A stretch of 56,851 nt of DNA from Macrostomum lignano (Eukaryota): assembly GCA_002269645.1 (NCBI GenBank), contig NIVC01002399.1, positions 1-56,851 of the forward strand, given 5' to 3'. This document shows positions 1 to 11,680 of this stretch, in pieces. The notes under the pieces were generated by a model. That model saw only the letters and a list, made by a program, of their open reading frames with translations. It made no database searches and was not told the origin of the DNA. The first letter of the stretch is position 1. The number at the start of each line of letters is the position of its first letter. The translations under genes were made by a program, and so were the position numbers.

Positions 1-1241
1 TTTTTTTGAAAAGACTCAATTCGCTTTCTCCATTAAAACTTCCTTCAGCACTGTAAAGTGGCCATTTAGCCCAGTCTAAATTACTTAATCATTTTGTACG
101 CACCAGTCACCAGTCTTATTCTCCCGCAACGCAGGCATTTTTCGCCGAAAGTTTCAATCAAAAAATCAGGTAAAAGTGAGCCCTTAGCCTCGTGGCCTTT
201 GACCTAGTGGGAAAAGGGATCGATAGGCTATTGACATTGCCATATAAGAGTATGACCAGCCACTTTCCTCACTTTCTCGTGCAGAACTCCATTATGGAAC
301 TCCATTTGAACATGCGACAGGCCTTTAGTATCAACTGTCAATTTGAAGTATTCAACCTGTCTTTCCATTTTAAGTACTAAGTTGAACGTAGAAAAGGTAT
401 AGAAATTCTACCTTAATATGCTGCTCGTATTTTGTACTTTTACTATTATGAAATTTAATGCTAACCTCTGGTTGGCCAATTTGATAAATGATACAGGATT
501 GAAGTGTGCAGATCGCGTGAAAAAAATTTGGGCAACTCACTGTAATAAAGCTTTTGCAGTCCAACTTTAAGAGATCTCTTGAGGCCTCATTTTGCAGCTT
601 ACTTTTGCTAAACTAAATCGCTCTCATTGAGGGCATTTCACTTGTCCTGAAATTTATTGCTCAATCAAGCAGCCAGTAGCAACTAGTATTCGACAGTATT
701 CGATGGGTACGCCCACTCATCAAGGAGTCAAGTCGCAAATTGGGACGACATTTTCCACCTACTTGTCGGAAAATTGAGGTCCTTGGTAGAGCTACAGGCC
801 ACCCTACTGAAAGCTCAGCTCTGTAGAAGGGGCGTGGCAAAATCCTCAGAAATCAGAGAGACTGCAGTGAAAGCTCTGGGATGCGCGAGAGTAGAATTTA
901 CTTTTTTTATGCATCAGGGAGGTCGCGCTGCACAAATGAGGCCCAATTCCGTGATGAGTAGCTCATTTATATAGTATCAAATGGGGAAGCTGTTATTGCT
1001 ATGGTTGGTTTTAAAACGTCTGCTATCACGAATCCAGTACTTTTTATGCTCCAGCTTTTTACTTCAGTAAAGATTGATTATAAAGAATGTACAGTTATAT
1101 ACTCGAATGCGCACCCGTTAATGAGATCACTAAAAAAATGAACTGCTGAGATGAAGGGATCAGTGATTTCAAGGAGACTCGCATGGTTGATTGAGACGCT
1201 GATGATTAAAGAATTCCATATAGTCTTGTCACTTTTCTCAC

Positions 1242-1353
1242 CTGCTGAACAGGTCAATATTGAAGAAGACGTACTCCCCGTTGATGAAGCCCAGCTCGTG
1301 AGCCTTGATCATGATCTCTCGGACAGTGTCCGGGTCGGCGCAGAGTACGACAA
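1242..1353 (-). CDS. Conserved internal exon of a natriuretic-peptide-receptor / receptor guanylyl cyclase ectodomain (candidate shared 'constant' exon); the gene continues left of the window
   Basis: Acceptor atcctttttatttcag, then phase-1 entry TT GTC GTA CTC TGC... = VVLCADPDTVREIMIKAHELGFINGEYVFFNIDLFS, then donor AG|GTGAGA. Closely resembles human NPR-C [36 protein letters not shown]. Not in the ORF track. TM and cyclase exons are not visible in the window. Confidence 0.92.
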
Positions 1354-2130
1354 CTGAAATAAAAAGGATAGAAAAATCAGTGTGTATAGGCAATAAAATT
1401 TGTTCTAATCAATTCTAATCCAGTAGGGTTGAAGAAATGCCTCTTAATCCTTAGTTCTACTATATGAGGATTCAGCCTCAATCCCCACCCTCGTGAGTGC
1501 ACTGACCGTGTCGTTGGGGTGGCATTGTGCGATTTACAATAAAATGCAATTAAAATTAATGAAAAGCGAAGGGGTTTGATTTTCCTGAGGATTTCCATGC
1601 GACAGATATTTTTTCAATTTGATTGCCAATTAATTATCAAAATGTAAAAAATGGCAAAAAATTCTACCTCTGATTAGGATAAGAAAGATGATTTCTACAT
1701 GTAGATAAACTCTTTAAATCACTTTTGCGATTCATTTTACTATGGCATACTTGATGAATACCTTAAGCTTGTAAAAACTTGTCTAGTAACCGCTCGTTGT
1801 TGAAATTGAATCAGCGCTAAAATAAGGCGCCGATAAACAAATCATATCAGTGTTGGTCGCCTCTTTTGGCGACGAGGCAAATTGAAAATAGAGCAAGATC
1901 GGAAGTGACACTACGCCTCGAAGGGATGTCAGATTTCCTGCTTTTCAATTTTAGCGAGATATTTTTTGGGATCAGAAAATCTCATATAATGGGAACTTTT
2001 GCCTTAATGCTCGTTACTGACGGTAGAGAAAGCTGCCCCCTTAGCACTCATTGAATGAATTCGAAAGGCCCAAAATGTCATTTCCAACTTGGGGTGACAG
2101 AGTAATGGCATTATCATTCTAGCAGGAGAA

Positions 2131-2198
2131 GAGAGGAGAGGAGAGGAGAGGAGAGGAGAGGAGAGGACAGGAGAGGAGGAGAGGAGAGGAGAGGAGAG
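2131..2198. repeat. (GAGAG)n microsatellite
   Basis: Directly visible pentamer run with one or two interruptions. Confidence 0.95.
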
Positions 2199-2533
2199 AA
2201 TATACTCACGATCTTAGCCATATTTTAGAGATCACTTGAGACTATAGACGCATGCTATAAAAGAAAGTGAGATCAGATCGAAGTATTGAGAAGGATAGAG
2301 AGAGAAGTGAGTTCCTCATAGTTTGCAAGCCTTGCATTCAACGGAGACTCTAGTGGGTAGAGCTATAAGCTGGTGCTATAGTCTCAGTAACTATAGTCTG
2401 ATGGGTGTACTTAAGGGTGAAAAGTCGGCCCCAGGAAGAGTATTGTGCGTCGCCTTGCCCTAAGCTCATTGAAAAGCCACCACATCGGAAAGACGTTATG
2501 AAAGCTCCAAATAAAAAAGGGACATTGACCTAC

Positions 2534-2956
2534 GCCTAACTTCCTCTCTCATGCAGCGAAATACTTCGCTTTGAAAGTGCTTATTGGTGGCACTGTAGGG
2601 CTTGACTCTCAGTATGTATCTGTGCTGGTGGCTGAACCGGTTCTCGATCGTAGTGCGCAACAGCCTGCTGAACGTCACTCTCGTCTCGTCTCTCTGCTTG
2701 TGAAGTTGAGTCTCGTCATCTGGCACGTAGATTATTAGTAGATTCTGCTGCTGCCTTGGCAACCAGTTGTATCGCTGAAAAATGGCTAGCAGCATGTTCT
2801 CAATGTCGAAGTTCATAGGGCCTACTCGAATCAAGTTATAATATTCCTCTTTGTCTTCTAGGTTAGCCGCTGCGCCAGAGGTGATAATTGGTTTTTGATA
2901 CAGGTAGTACCGGTTGTAGCGAGCCACCGCCGCGAGACAGAACGTACAGAATGGAC
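2534..2956 (-). CDS. ANF-receptor cassette 1, exon b
   Basis: Acceptor ttttaaattccag|GT CCA TTC TGT gives G-PFCTFCLAAVARY...PIITSGA...EYYNLIRVGP...YNW (NPR motifs GPxC, AR, ITxGA, RxGP, W). Donor C|GTAGGT, phase 1. Confidence 0.88.
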
Positions 2957-3102
2957 CTGGAATTTAAAATAATTGTTGAAAGTACTTTACAATGCCAACC
3001 ACCATGACAAAAATGACCTCAGAACGGTAGAAGCGTTTCGTAGATAGGAAATAACTTGACACCCTTATGTTGGGCAGAGAGGTACACGAGTCAATTAAGT
3101 AC

Positions 3103-3452
3103 GGGATAGCGACGTTTGCCAGCCGACGTTTGCCCAGCGGGACGTTTGCCAGCCGACGCTTGCCCAGCGGGACGTTTGCAGGCGGTAATTGGTTAAATAA
3201 TTATGCCCTATCTAGGCCTAAATGTACTTGCATTTGAAAACTGCGGACATAGCACCAATCTAATGCCACCTCGCTCCCTACTACTGCTACTAAATATACT
3301 GGTTACTAAGAAACTACTGCTCACTAGAGCGCACTTCGTCTTCTTGATATTTTAGGTAGGTTTTAGTAACAGGTGCCAAAGCAACCGATGTAACCAAAAC
3401 TGAGCTGGCAAACGTCCGCTGGCAAATGTCGGCTGGCAAACGTAGTAGACCC
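3103..3452. mobile_element. Foldback/MITE-like element with inverted subterminal repeat blocks, in the cassette-1 intron
   Basis: Left block gacgtttgccagccgacgtttgcccagcgggacgtttgcc (3110-3180) is mirrored by ggcaaacgtccgctggcaaatgtcggctggcaaacgt (3408-3443). Ends are GGG...CCC. No clear TSD. Confidence 0.6.
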
Positions 3453-3551
3453 ATTGAGTACGAGTATATGCCAGTGGAACACAAGTCCACCCAAAGCAAC
3501 AGCTAGCAGCATAAAAGCCAGACATCAAATCAATACGCCTCGTGTACTCAC

Positions 3552-3852
3552 CTAGCAACAGATCGATATCTTTGAGTAGGAGCAGTCCAATCACGGGCGC
3601 GTACCGATAGTCGCACTGACTGTCGTTAGAAATAATTTGAATTTGCACACCAGGCAGCATTTTATCTAAGCCGGACGACTTCAAAGCCACGTCGACAACA
3701 GGTTGAACAGCTTCCAAACTGATTCCGGACACTCCGTGCAGTTGTGCGGGAAGAAAGATGGCTATTTTAAGTGTCTTTTTGCCATCCGCTTGGGCCTGGC
3801 TCGATTGAACAGCAGCCAGAAATACGATTAGCAACGAAATTTTCGACGTCAT
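3552..3852 (-). CDS. ANF-receptor cassette 1, exon a (signal peptide + N-terminal lobe)
   Basis: ATG at 3852. MTSKISLLIVFLAAVQSSQA signal peptide, LKIAIFLP, VQPVVDVAL, NDSQC, DLLLG. Donor G|GTGAGT, phase 1, matches exon b. a+b = 724 nt (241 codons + 1). Confidence 0.9.
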
Positions 3853-4028
3853 TGCGACTTTTTCCTGCTAAATCGTCTGTCAGTAGCCTTCGATAACCTG
3901 ACTAAGGGGGATACCGTCTACTGAGCAGCGCAAAGAAAGTAGGCTAGGGTGGCGAGTGGGCCTTCATATATTGAATGGCGAGTGACGATCGGAAAGATCC
4001 CAGCTATAGACAGCTATGGAAGAATCTG

Positions 4029-4033
4029 ATTGG
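4029..4033 (-). promoter_or_regulatory. CCAAT box upstream of cassette 1
   Basis: ctgATTGGc, 177 bp upstream of the ATG. Confidence 0.4.
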
Positions 4034-5580
4034 CCGCTGCTGCAGCAGCTGCTGCTGTATCGGTTAGAAGGAAGGGAAAATGGGGACAGAGGGGAATCTT
4101 GGAAAAAACCTTTTTAGACCCGTAAGTGATAAATAATCCAACGTGCAACAAATAGTACGTATACTGTCGTAGTAATGTCACACAGCAAGCTGTATTGTAC
4201 CTAGGCTATTTCATGTACGAACTGAGAGCGAATACTAATGGGCACAAGTCAGGGACGTCAGGACACTTTCATTCCATAGCTGCATCTTTTGGAAGCAGAA
4301 AACGTGTCAAAAGTTTTATACAGACTCGTGGAGTTTTCAGCAAGCCCCCTCCCCTCGGTATACTGTTACAGACGATCTCGATTGGGGCCCGTGGAAATTC
4401 CGCGGCTTTCTCTGCGACAAGGGTTGTGCATGCTTATACTAATGTGATGATACGCTTGTACAAAGGAAATCTATTGAAAACCACGCAGACACGATCGCTT
4501 CATTTTATTGGTTACGTGGATCTGTACAAAAGCTGAGCTTTAGAAATCCTCTGGGTTGATTTGTGAAGTGTTAAGTAAAACATCTGGGACATTGGTTACC
4601 TTAGCCGATATTTTGCGTAGATCTAAAACTGCCTATGGATTTCCTCTGCAGAATATACATATGCCAGTACTTTATAGTATAGAATAAGCAGCTATGGCAA
4701 GCACAAATATATATGCATATTTTTTATATGATTCCGGTTGAAGATAAGAGAATTGTCAATAAAAGCGGCAGACCTATCATGAAATATGAGAATATCAAAT
4801 CCTCCAATCTCCAGTTCCCTAGAGGCCTATATAAGGAGTATATATATTCTAATATATTCTCAAAGTATGACGCAAACGAACCATATTTCGAGGAGTCTGT
4901 ACGATTTAAAAATCCATTAAGAATAAACAAATCTAAGAAAGATTTTTGCGTCAAAAAGAGAAAGAACAGTTCATAAGCCACGTACGGGCCAGATCTTGAT
5001 GCGAACTTGCAAGATCTCAAGTTGCTCTTTTAGATAATCCGCAGGCGAATGAATGCAGCTGCACGCCACCATTATGTGACTGTGAAGATAGCATCGAATG
5101 TGACAATAACAGACTGACAGCCTGACGGACTGACTGACTGGCACTTGCAAGCAGATGTGGACAAAAGCAGACAGCCTGACGCCACAGGCTTCAAATAGTT
5201 TCACGGGACCTCTGCATCACATCTCATCTCACACTTGTGTAGGCAGCTGGCGTTGAGCCTCACTCTCTCACACACAAGGCAGTCTGGGTGAGTTTCATTC
5301 TCTATCTGGAGTCAAGGACTTCTATAGATCTACAATCTAGCTCTCTGGACTGGAAGCTATCTCGATCAGAGTTTAAGGGAACGTTTTTTAACTGTACATT
5401 CCCTAAATTATACTCGTATACAAAGGCGGTTTTAAAAATATACATTTATCGGGGTGAATCTAAAACCTCTGTCATTATCTACGATTGTATTGACTCTTAT
5501 TCAGGGGATATCAGTCCAGATGGTGTATCTAGAAGTCCACGCCTTCAACTGACTCCATGTGGAGAAAAGAATGAAGAGAG

Positions 5581-5771
5581 TCAGCTGCAGAGGAGCTCAG
5601 AGAGCGGAAGCGAAGACGGAGGATGCTGAGGGCGAAGACTGAACTCGACGGCTTCGATCAGTTTTATTGACAGCTTGAAGACTTTCCAGGCTCGAGAGTC
5701 GAGCAGCCTGTGTTTTTCTCTCAAGTCTCTCAAGACTTTCCCTCGCTTGCGTGTATCGGGGCGTTGGAAAT
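5581..5771 (-). CDS. Candidate private terminal exon for cassette 2
   Basis: Acceptor ccttcctattttggctgtttagacag|AT is phase-1 compatible. Reads DFQRPDTRKRGKVLRDLREKHRLLDSRAWKVFKLSIKLIEAVEF...LLCS* (62 codons + stop), weakly echoing the PDT...R.IM..AH.L helix. Confidence 0.35.
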
Positions 5772-7127
5772 CTGTCTAAACAGCCAAAATAGGAAGGCTC
5801 GAAAAATTATTTAAATTTTTTTTTCTAGGGTTGCTTTTGGGCTGAGTCAGAATGTTGAAGACTGGAAGAGAGAATAGATGGAAAGATTTCATGACAGCCA
5901 ATCAGAGTAAGGCAAGGCCTAGACAAGAGAGAATAAGTTTAGCCACATCCACATGATGTACAGACAGAGGCAGAGGGGGGGGGGTAGACGAAGTGCAGAC
6001 GAGTGGACGAAATTCGTTAAGGCTGATTCACACTGCGATCAAATGAGCCAGACACCAAACCGATTTACAAAGGAATCTTTGATGTACAAGATGTGTGATC
6101 ACACGAAATCTGGCCTTATTTGAGATAGCGTTGTGAACGAGTCTTAGGTAATTTGTTATTGACAGTTACTACGCCTCGTACAAGTCTATAATGTTTATAA
6201 TGTCAGATAATGTTGGAAATGATGGCGATAATCAAGCAATCAATAACTAGTTTATCAACCAGTATAATGCAAATACAAAGCAACTTCAGAGCGGGTTAAA
6301 ATTGTCGGACTTCTCAAACGGGCAAACAAACTATGAACACACCGCCTACTCCAAAGTCTTTCGCGTCCAGCTGCGCACTCATTTAGACAGCTCATTAGGC
6401 AAACTAAGGAGAAACACCTGCTAAGGTTTATCTGTTTTTTATCTCCGCTTGATCAAATTTTCGTCTCTAATTTGCATCCGATTCAACCAAGTCCTACGCA
6501 CCCCTGCTAGTTTACAGAAACTTAGAAACGTGACCGTTTAATTAAGCAAAGGCTTGAGTACACAGCGCTCCATTTTCCTAAATCGATTAGTTTTCTGTTT
6601 GAGTTACCTGTAATTAGAGGGTTAACTTCTTAATGGAAAGCGTATTTTGCGAATAGATTTCTACTATACTACTGAAGTAAAAGGGATTCTAGTAGCGAAA
6701 ACTGAATGTAAAAAGAATAAAAACTATGCATTTTAGAAATCGGCATGTACCTTAAAATATCTAGTTCTTTGACTGACTATTGAAACGAATATTTCCTTCA
6801 AAAAATATTTCTCTTCCAGAATTACTATATAGCTCGTATCAAGGTAAAAATCGATATTTTCCCATATTTCTCAGTCAAAAAATCTTTATTTTTGTCGAGA
6901 TGATATGAATCCGGAAAAATGCTGGAAACTCCTTTTTTGATTAAATAAGCTAGCTTTATTAGTAAATAACGTCAATAACTACTTTTATTACTATACTAGT
7001 GAATTTTATATATTACTTAATTTGTTGTTAGATTTTTTATTACATAAATATTATAAAAAAAAAATAAAAATTTTCTCCACATAAGAATATTTTATTCAGC
7101 TGCAAGATTACAGCCTGGACACCTCAC

Positions 7128-7471
7128 CGGAGTACTGGGCAGCGATCTTTCTACGAAACGCCATCGGCAGCTCATCAAGCCTGCTGACGCTCAAGAACTC
7201 GGCCTCAATGCCCAGCTCCTTGCGCATCCGATTCAAATCCATTATGTGCAAGTTGCAGCCTTCGTTAGCGTAGCCGTAATTCAAACTGAACAAGCCGAAA
7301 AACCTTTGCCAACCATTTCTAAGAAATATCATTCTTAGAATAGATTCCATCAATTCCGCGCCATCGAAGCTCACTCGAACAAAAATATTGTTGATGTATT
7401 GAATTTTGGTTGTGTCGCGAAAAACTGATTCCACTGAGCCGATGCTCACCACCGCTTTGTTCCATTTCACT
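7128..7471 (-). CDS. ANF-receptor cassette 2, exon b
   Basis: Acceptor aaaaaaattgcag|A GTG AAA TGG (phase 2) joins the 13296 donor to give QFSG-VKWNKAVVSIGS...FVRVSF...NGW...GCNL...AQYS. Donor G|GTGAGG, phase 1. Confidence 0.85.
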
Positions 7472-7691
7472 CTGCAATTTTTTTGCGAAAGAAAGTTGTT
7501 ATTACTTGTAGTAGGAAAGAAACATTTTAAAAGTATTTTACAGTAGATCGAAAAAGCAAACACTGCGATTGCCCAAAAAGCAAGAGTTAAAGATTGCTTT
7601 AAATCCAAGCAAGCTTCTGGCACCTTGAGATTTATGTATATCTATTTATATAAATTATACCTGTATATATCCATACAGACAATAGTTGACT

Positions 7692-7851
7692 ATAGACTAT
7701 GCCGTCTACCATAGACTATACCGTCTACCATAGACTATACCGTCTACCGTAGACTATACCGTCTACCATAGACTATGCAGTCTACCATAGACTATGCCGT
7801 CTACCATAGACTATACCGTTTACCATAGACTATACCGTCTAGCATAGACTA
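7692..7851. repeat. 19-bp minisatellite (atagactataccgtctacc), ~8 copies
   Basis: Direct inspection. Confidence 0.92.
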
Positions 7852-7934
7852 TTATTTGCGTTTTTATAAATAAAAAACAAGCTTCTGAAATTCCCGACCA
7901 GTTAATAGCTCTAAACGGTTAACAGAGTTTTGGC

Positions 7935-10900
7935 CACAGACCAATAAGTATAACTAGACTGCGCATCCAGCATTGCTTGCCTGGGCTCATTTTTTGACAA
8001 AATGACAAAGCAAAAAATGGTCCTCTCTACCCCAGCCCAAAACGATTGATATTTTTGGCTTGGGGAAGACTGGCCCTTCAGCTGTCTGCGCTCTGCCCTT
8101 TTTTAAATTAACATGTATATTAATGCGGCTTGGGGACCACAATAGCAATGCTATACTAACTTTAAACAGCTAAGCAAAGTTATTAAAAAATTAATAATTT
8201 CTCAAAACGAAATGGAAGAACAACCTGAATCTTCTTAATTGCCGAGAAAAAGAAAAGGAAATTACGGCAGCTTTTGCTGCGCTGCTGGCTGCTCGAACAA
8301 CTCAGCAATGTCTTTGGCGGGAGTGTCCTTTCATACTTTTCCAAAGGACAAGGAAATAAGGAAAAAGTGGCTGATAGCGCTGAGAAGAAAAGATTTTGAG
8401 CCATCGCCATCCACGCAAGTCTGCTCAATGCATTTTGAGGAATCTTGCTTCAAAGAGCAATTTGCAGGCTTTCTGCCTAGCGTCAAAAGACGGCTATATC
8501 CAAATGCCGTTCCTTCCATCTTCCCGGCGTTCCCTGACCATCTGCAGCCGAAAGCTGAGAAGAAACGGAAGACTGCCACCGCGGCCGCAGCTCGCGAAGT
8601 TGATTTCGCTGCATTTTGTAAATCAACAGAGAGCAGCGAGCCGGAAGCTCCAGTGGCTGCCAAGGAAGATGAAGATCCTGGACCGGACATCCATGTTAAC
8701 TGCGTGCCCAGAGAAGAATTCGACAAGAAGGTGAGAGCACTTAAAAATCTTCGGCGCAGATACAGAAGGCTTCTATCTACTCATAGCCGGTCCAAGAAAA
8801 GTGCAAAGGCTGTTGAAATCTTAAGGCGGTCGCTCCAGAGCAAGTACCGCAAAATTCGATCACTGCGCTCAAAGCATAGGCAAATTAAACAAAGAGCCAA
8901 GACCCTGAAAGAGGTGATTCGAGAGTTAAGGGCCAAATGTATTTTGAATGAAGCTGCTGCATCTCGGCTGAACTTCTTGACTTCCGATTCACTGCTTAGC
9001 AGCATTTTGCCAAGCAAGATTACTAAGAGGACAAGAATATTCTCCCACGAAGTGCGGAAATTCGCCTCCACATTGCACTTTTACAGCCCGAAGGCCTATG
9101 CGTATGTGAGACAGTACTTTCAGCTTCCGCATCCAGCTTCGCTGAGAAGATGGCTCTCGAATGCGAAATGCCTTCCAGGATTTTGCGACCAAGCCTTTCA
9201 GGAACTTTCTCGGCGACGCAGCTCCAATGATGACCGATCCTTCGACTACTGCAACGTTGTAGCTGATGAAATGTCACTGGAAGCGATGGTTGAGTGGAAT
9301 TCAAATGAAGGCAGGTTCTTTGGCTATGTTGACAAAGGCGATGGCAAGTCAACTGATCAGGAGGCAACTTCAGCATTGGTAGTGATGGCAGTGGGTCTCA
9401 AGAGCTATTGGAAGCTACCTTTAGGATATTTTCTAGTGAGCGGAGTTGATGGCGAATTTCTTTCAAGTGTCGTAGAGGAATCAATCCAGCGGCTCTACCA
9501 GGTTGGCGTTATTGCCTCGTCTTTTACATGCGATGGGACTCAGCACAATATTCGAGCGATCGAGCTTCTTGGTGCCAGAATAAGCTCTCCCAATGAGATA
9601 GTTGCCTCTTTCCCACACCCCTGCGATCCCGGCATTCAGGTTTCAGCCTTCTTGGATGTGCCGCACATGTTGAAGCTGATTCGAAACCAGTGGCAGTCCC
9701 TGGGAACATTTGTTTGGCCGGACAGAGGAAATATTGATTGGAAATATGTGTGCATGTTGCAGCAAGTACAGGAGAGCCATGGACTCAGACTAAGCAATAA
9801 GCTGAGCAGGTATCTCATTAACTTTGCTAATTTAAAGATGAAAGTTTATTTAGCGTCACAACTTTTTAGTAAGTCGGTGGCTGACTCATTACGATGGGTG
9901 CACAAGCAAGGCTTGGCCGGATTTGATCATTCCGATGTATTAGTGACAGCAGATTTTATTGAGCACATCAATGATCTGTTCGATGCGTTCAACTCGAAGC
10001 GACTGGTAAATTATGGGGCTAAAATGGCTCTAAGAGCTGACAACCAGTCTGACTGGATCGACTTCTTCACTGACTCGATCCAGCTTCTCAAGAGCTTAGA
10101 AACTCCAGCTAGATGCAAAATCGTTGACACTGCAAAGAAGACAGGATTTTTAGGCTTCATCACCAATTGCCATGCCGTTATTGCGCTTGCCAAGTATTTA
10201 TTTTCAACTGGCGAATTCTCCTTTCTTTGCACTTACAAGCTGTCTCAGGACTTTCTAGAACTATTTTTTAATGCAGTCAGGCTTCGAAATGGCTGGAACC
10301 ACAACCCGACACCAAAGCAGTTTCGCTCGGCATTTAGGCAGCTGCTGGTGCATGCCGGAGGTGGGATTCTCCAGTCTGTCAGCCCGAATGTGAAGCAGCA
10401 GGATGCCACCATTCAACTGTCCTTGTCATGCCTACCATCATCAGCTGAATCAGCACAGAAGCAGTGGAAGATAAAAGTTCAGAATGATATGGGACTGAGT
10501 CTTGAATCCATCCAGCACTGTATGAATGCATCTAATTGTGAGATTTGCCAGTCTATTGTGTACTATATTGCCGGAGCAGTTGTGCGAAGCATGTTGAAAG
10601 TTGTCGAATGTGCTCCGTGCAGGTCAGCTCTGACTGCCAGCTCCGAGACGCCACCAGCTTTTCGGGCCCCTTGCTCGCTTGTTGCCTTGAAGAATGTTTT
10701 GAACAAGGAAGGAACTGGCGGCTTGATTTTTCCCAGCACCGATGTCTTCCGTGTGCTACTCAGTGCTGAATCTGTAATTCGACGTGCCAGCTATAACAGC
10801 CAATTCTCCAGTGACGTAGCAGTTCACGAGACTTTGCGCATGTCGAACAATCTGTTCCCTGAGCTTGACTCGCATTCGGCATCCGCAAGCAGCGGCATTG

Positions 10901-11425
10901 AGTCGCACAAGCTCCATTTAATTCGAGTCATGGCCGGGCTCTTCATAAAGATCAGAATGAAAAAACTAGCTAAAGAACTTTCTCGCGCAGGAAGAAGACC
11001 AGGAAGGAGGCAGAGACTACTTCGAGCAGCGATATTTCTTAATCTATAGTATATTCGAAACCAGGTGAGCTATTTATTTACTTTTTACTGCTTCTATGCT
11101 ATCAGCAACAACAAAAAGGTCTCATTTTGTCTGCATGCGTTTTTGTACGGTTTTTTAGTTTTTAATAAATCGAAAAATAATACTGGATTTAAACTGTTAA
11201 ATTGCTAGTTGCACATAAAGTTGGTTAAACAGTTAGCAATCCGTGTTCCATGGCAAAAGGCAACAATTAATACAGCGGGCCCAATGACTGAGGGGTAGGA
11301 AGGGAAATGAAGCCAAAAATATCGATCGTGAGGGGGTGGGTGCTGGGGTGCCATTTTTCCTACTTGGAAAGAGGCACACATTTCTTGCCCCACATGCGCA
11401 GTCTAGTTATACTTATTGGTCTGTG
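7935..11425 (+). mobile_element. Complete P-superfamily DNA transposon, 3491 bp
   Basis: Perfect 32-bp TIRs CACAGACCAATAAGTATAACTAGACTGCGCAT (7935-7966 and 11394-11425). 8-bp TSD GTTTTGGC (7927-7934 and 11426-11433). Internal THAP9-like transposase. Confidence 0.97.
8239..11049 (+). CDS. P-element transposase (THAP9-like), single exon, 936 codons; begins with TTG, not ATG
   Basis: THAP zinc finger (CCAAGC...FHTFP...W...VCSMHF...AVPSIF), coiled coil, RNase-H catalytic motifs DEM, CDG, QDFLELF, the DVPHMLKLIRN motif, and C-terminal YIAG...CxxC. AATAAA at 11164-11169. Confidence 0.95.
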   Translation: MPRKRKGNYGSFCCAAGCSNNSAMSLAGVSFHTFPKDKEIRKKWLIALRRKDFEPSPSTQVCSMHFEESCFKEQFAGFLPSVKRRLYPNAVPSIFPAFPDHLQPKAEKKRKTATAAAAREVDFAAFCKSTESSEPEAPVAAKEDEDPGPDIHVNCVPREEFDKKVRALKNLRRRYRRLLSTHSRSKKSAKAVEILRRSLQSKYRKIRSLRSKHRQIKQRAKTLKEVIRELRAKCILNEAAASRLNFLTSDSLLSSILPSKITKRTRIFSHEVRKFASTLHFYSPKAYAYVRQYFQLPHPASLRRWLSNAKCLPGFCDQAFQELSRRRSSNDDRSFDYCNVVADEMSLEAMVEWNSNEGRFFGYVDKGDGKSTDQEATSALVVMAVGLKSYWKLPLGYFLVSGVDGEFLSSVVEESIQRLYQVGVIASSFTCDGTQHNIRAIELLGARISSPNEIVASFPHPCDPGIQVSAFLDVPHMLKLIRNQWQSLGTFVWPDRGNIDWKYVCMLQQVQESHGLRLSNKLSRYLINFANLKMKVYLASQLFSKSVADSLRWVHKQGLAGFDHSDVLVTADFIEHINDLFDAFNSKRLVNYGAKMALRADNQSDWIDFFTDSIQLLKSLETPARCKIVDTAKKTGFLGFITNCHAVIALAKYLFSTGEFSFLCTYKLSQDFLELFFNAVRLRNGWNHNPTPKQFRSAFRQLLVHAGGGILQSVSPNVKQQDATIQLSLSCLPSSAESAQKQWKIKVQNDMGLSLESIQHCMNASNCEICQSIVYYIAGAVVRSMLKVVECAPCRSALTASSETPPAFRAPCSLVALKNVLNKEGTGGLIFPSTDVFRVLLSAESVIRRASYNSQFSSDVAVHETLRMSNNLFPELDSHSASASSGIESHKLHLIRVMAGLFIKIRMKKLAKELSRAGRRPGRRQRLLRAAIFLNL

Positions 11426-11680
11426 GTTTTGGCCATAGAGAGCTCGAGGAGGCGAGATTGAATAGCCAATCAGAAGACAGCGAGGGAGAGAGATAAAAAT
11501 AACAAGACTGAACTGGACAGAAAGGGAAAGAAAGCAGTTTAAACAGAGAGGAGGGCAGATGAACTATGAAGATGACAGGGTTAAGGTTGCGACTCTACAC
11601 ACTCGCACAAAAGACATACAGCATCCTTTTACTCGTCTATATACCAAGGACTACTTAAGTAAATGTAGAACTGGATACTA

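Noticed and set aside
130-980. Search for the next receptor exon after 1242
   Set aside because: No frame with NPR-like motifs was found; the continuation must lie beyond the window, so cyclase versus clearance-receptor identity is unassigned.
4713-5125. ORFs at 4713-5020 and a short Cys-rich stretch (ECSCTPPLCDCEDSIECDNNRL) resembling an LRR N-cap
   Set aside because: Short, closed by stops, and without a supporting splice context.
8331-10769. Short ORFs overlapping the transposase on both strands
   Set aside because: Shadow frames of a long coding sequence with no recognisable motifs.
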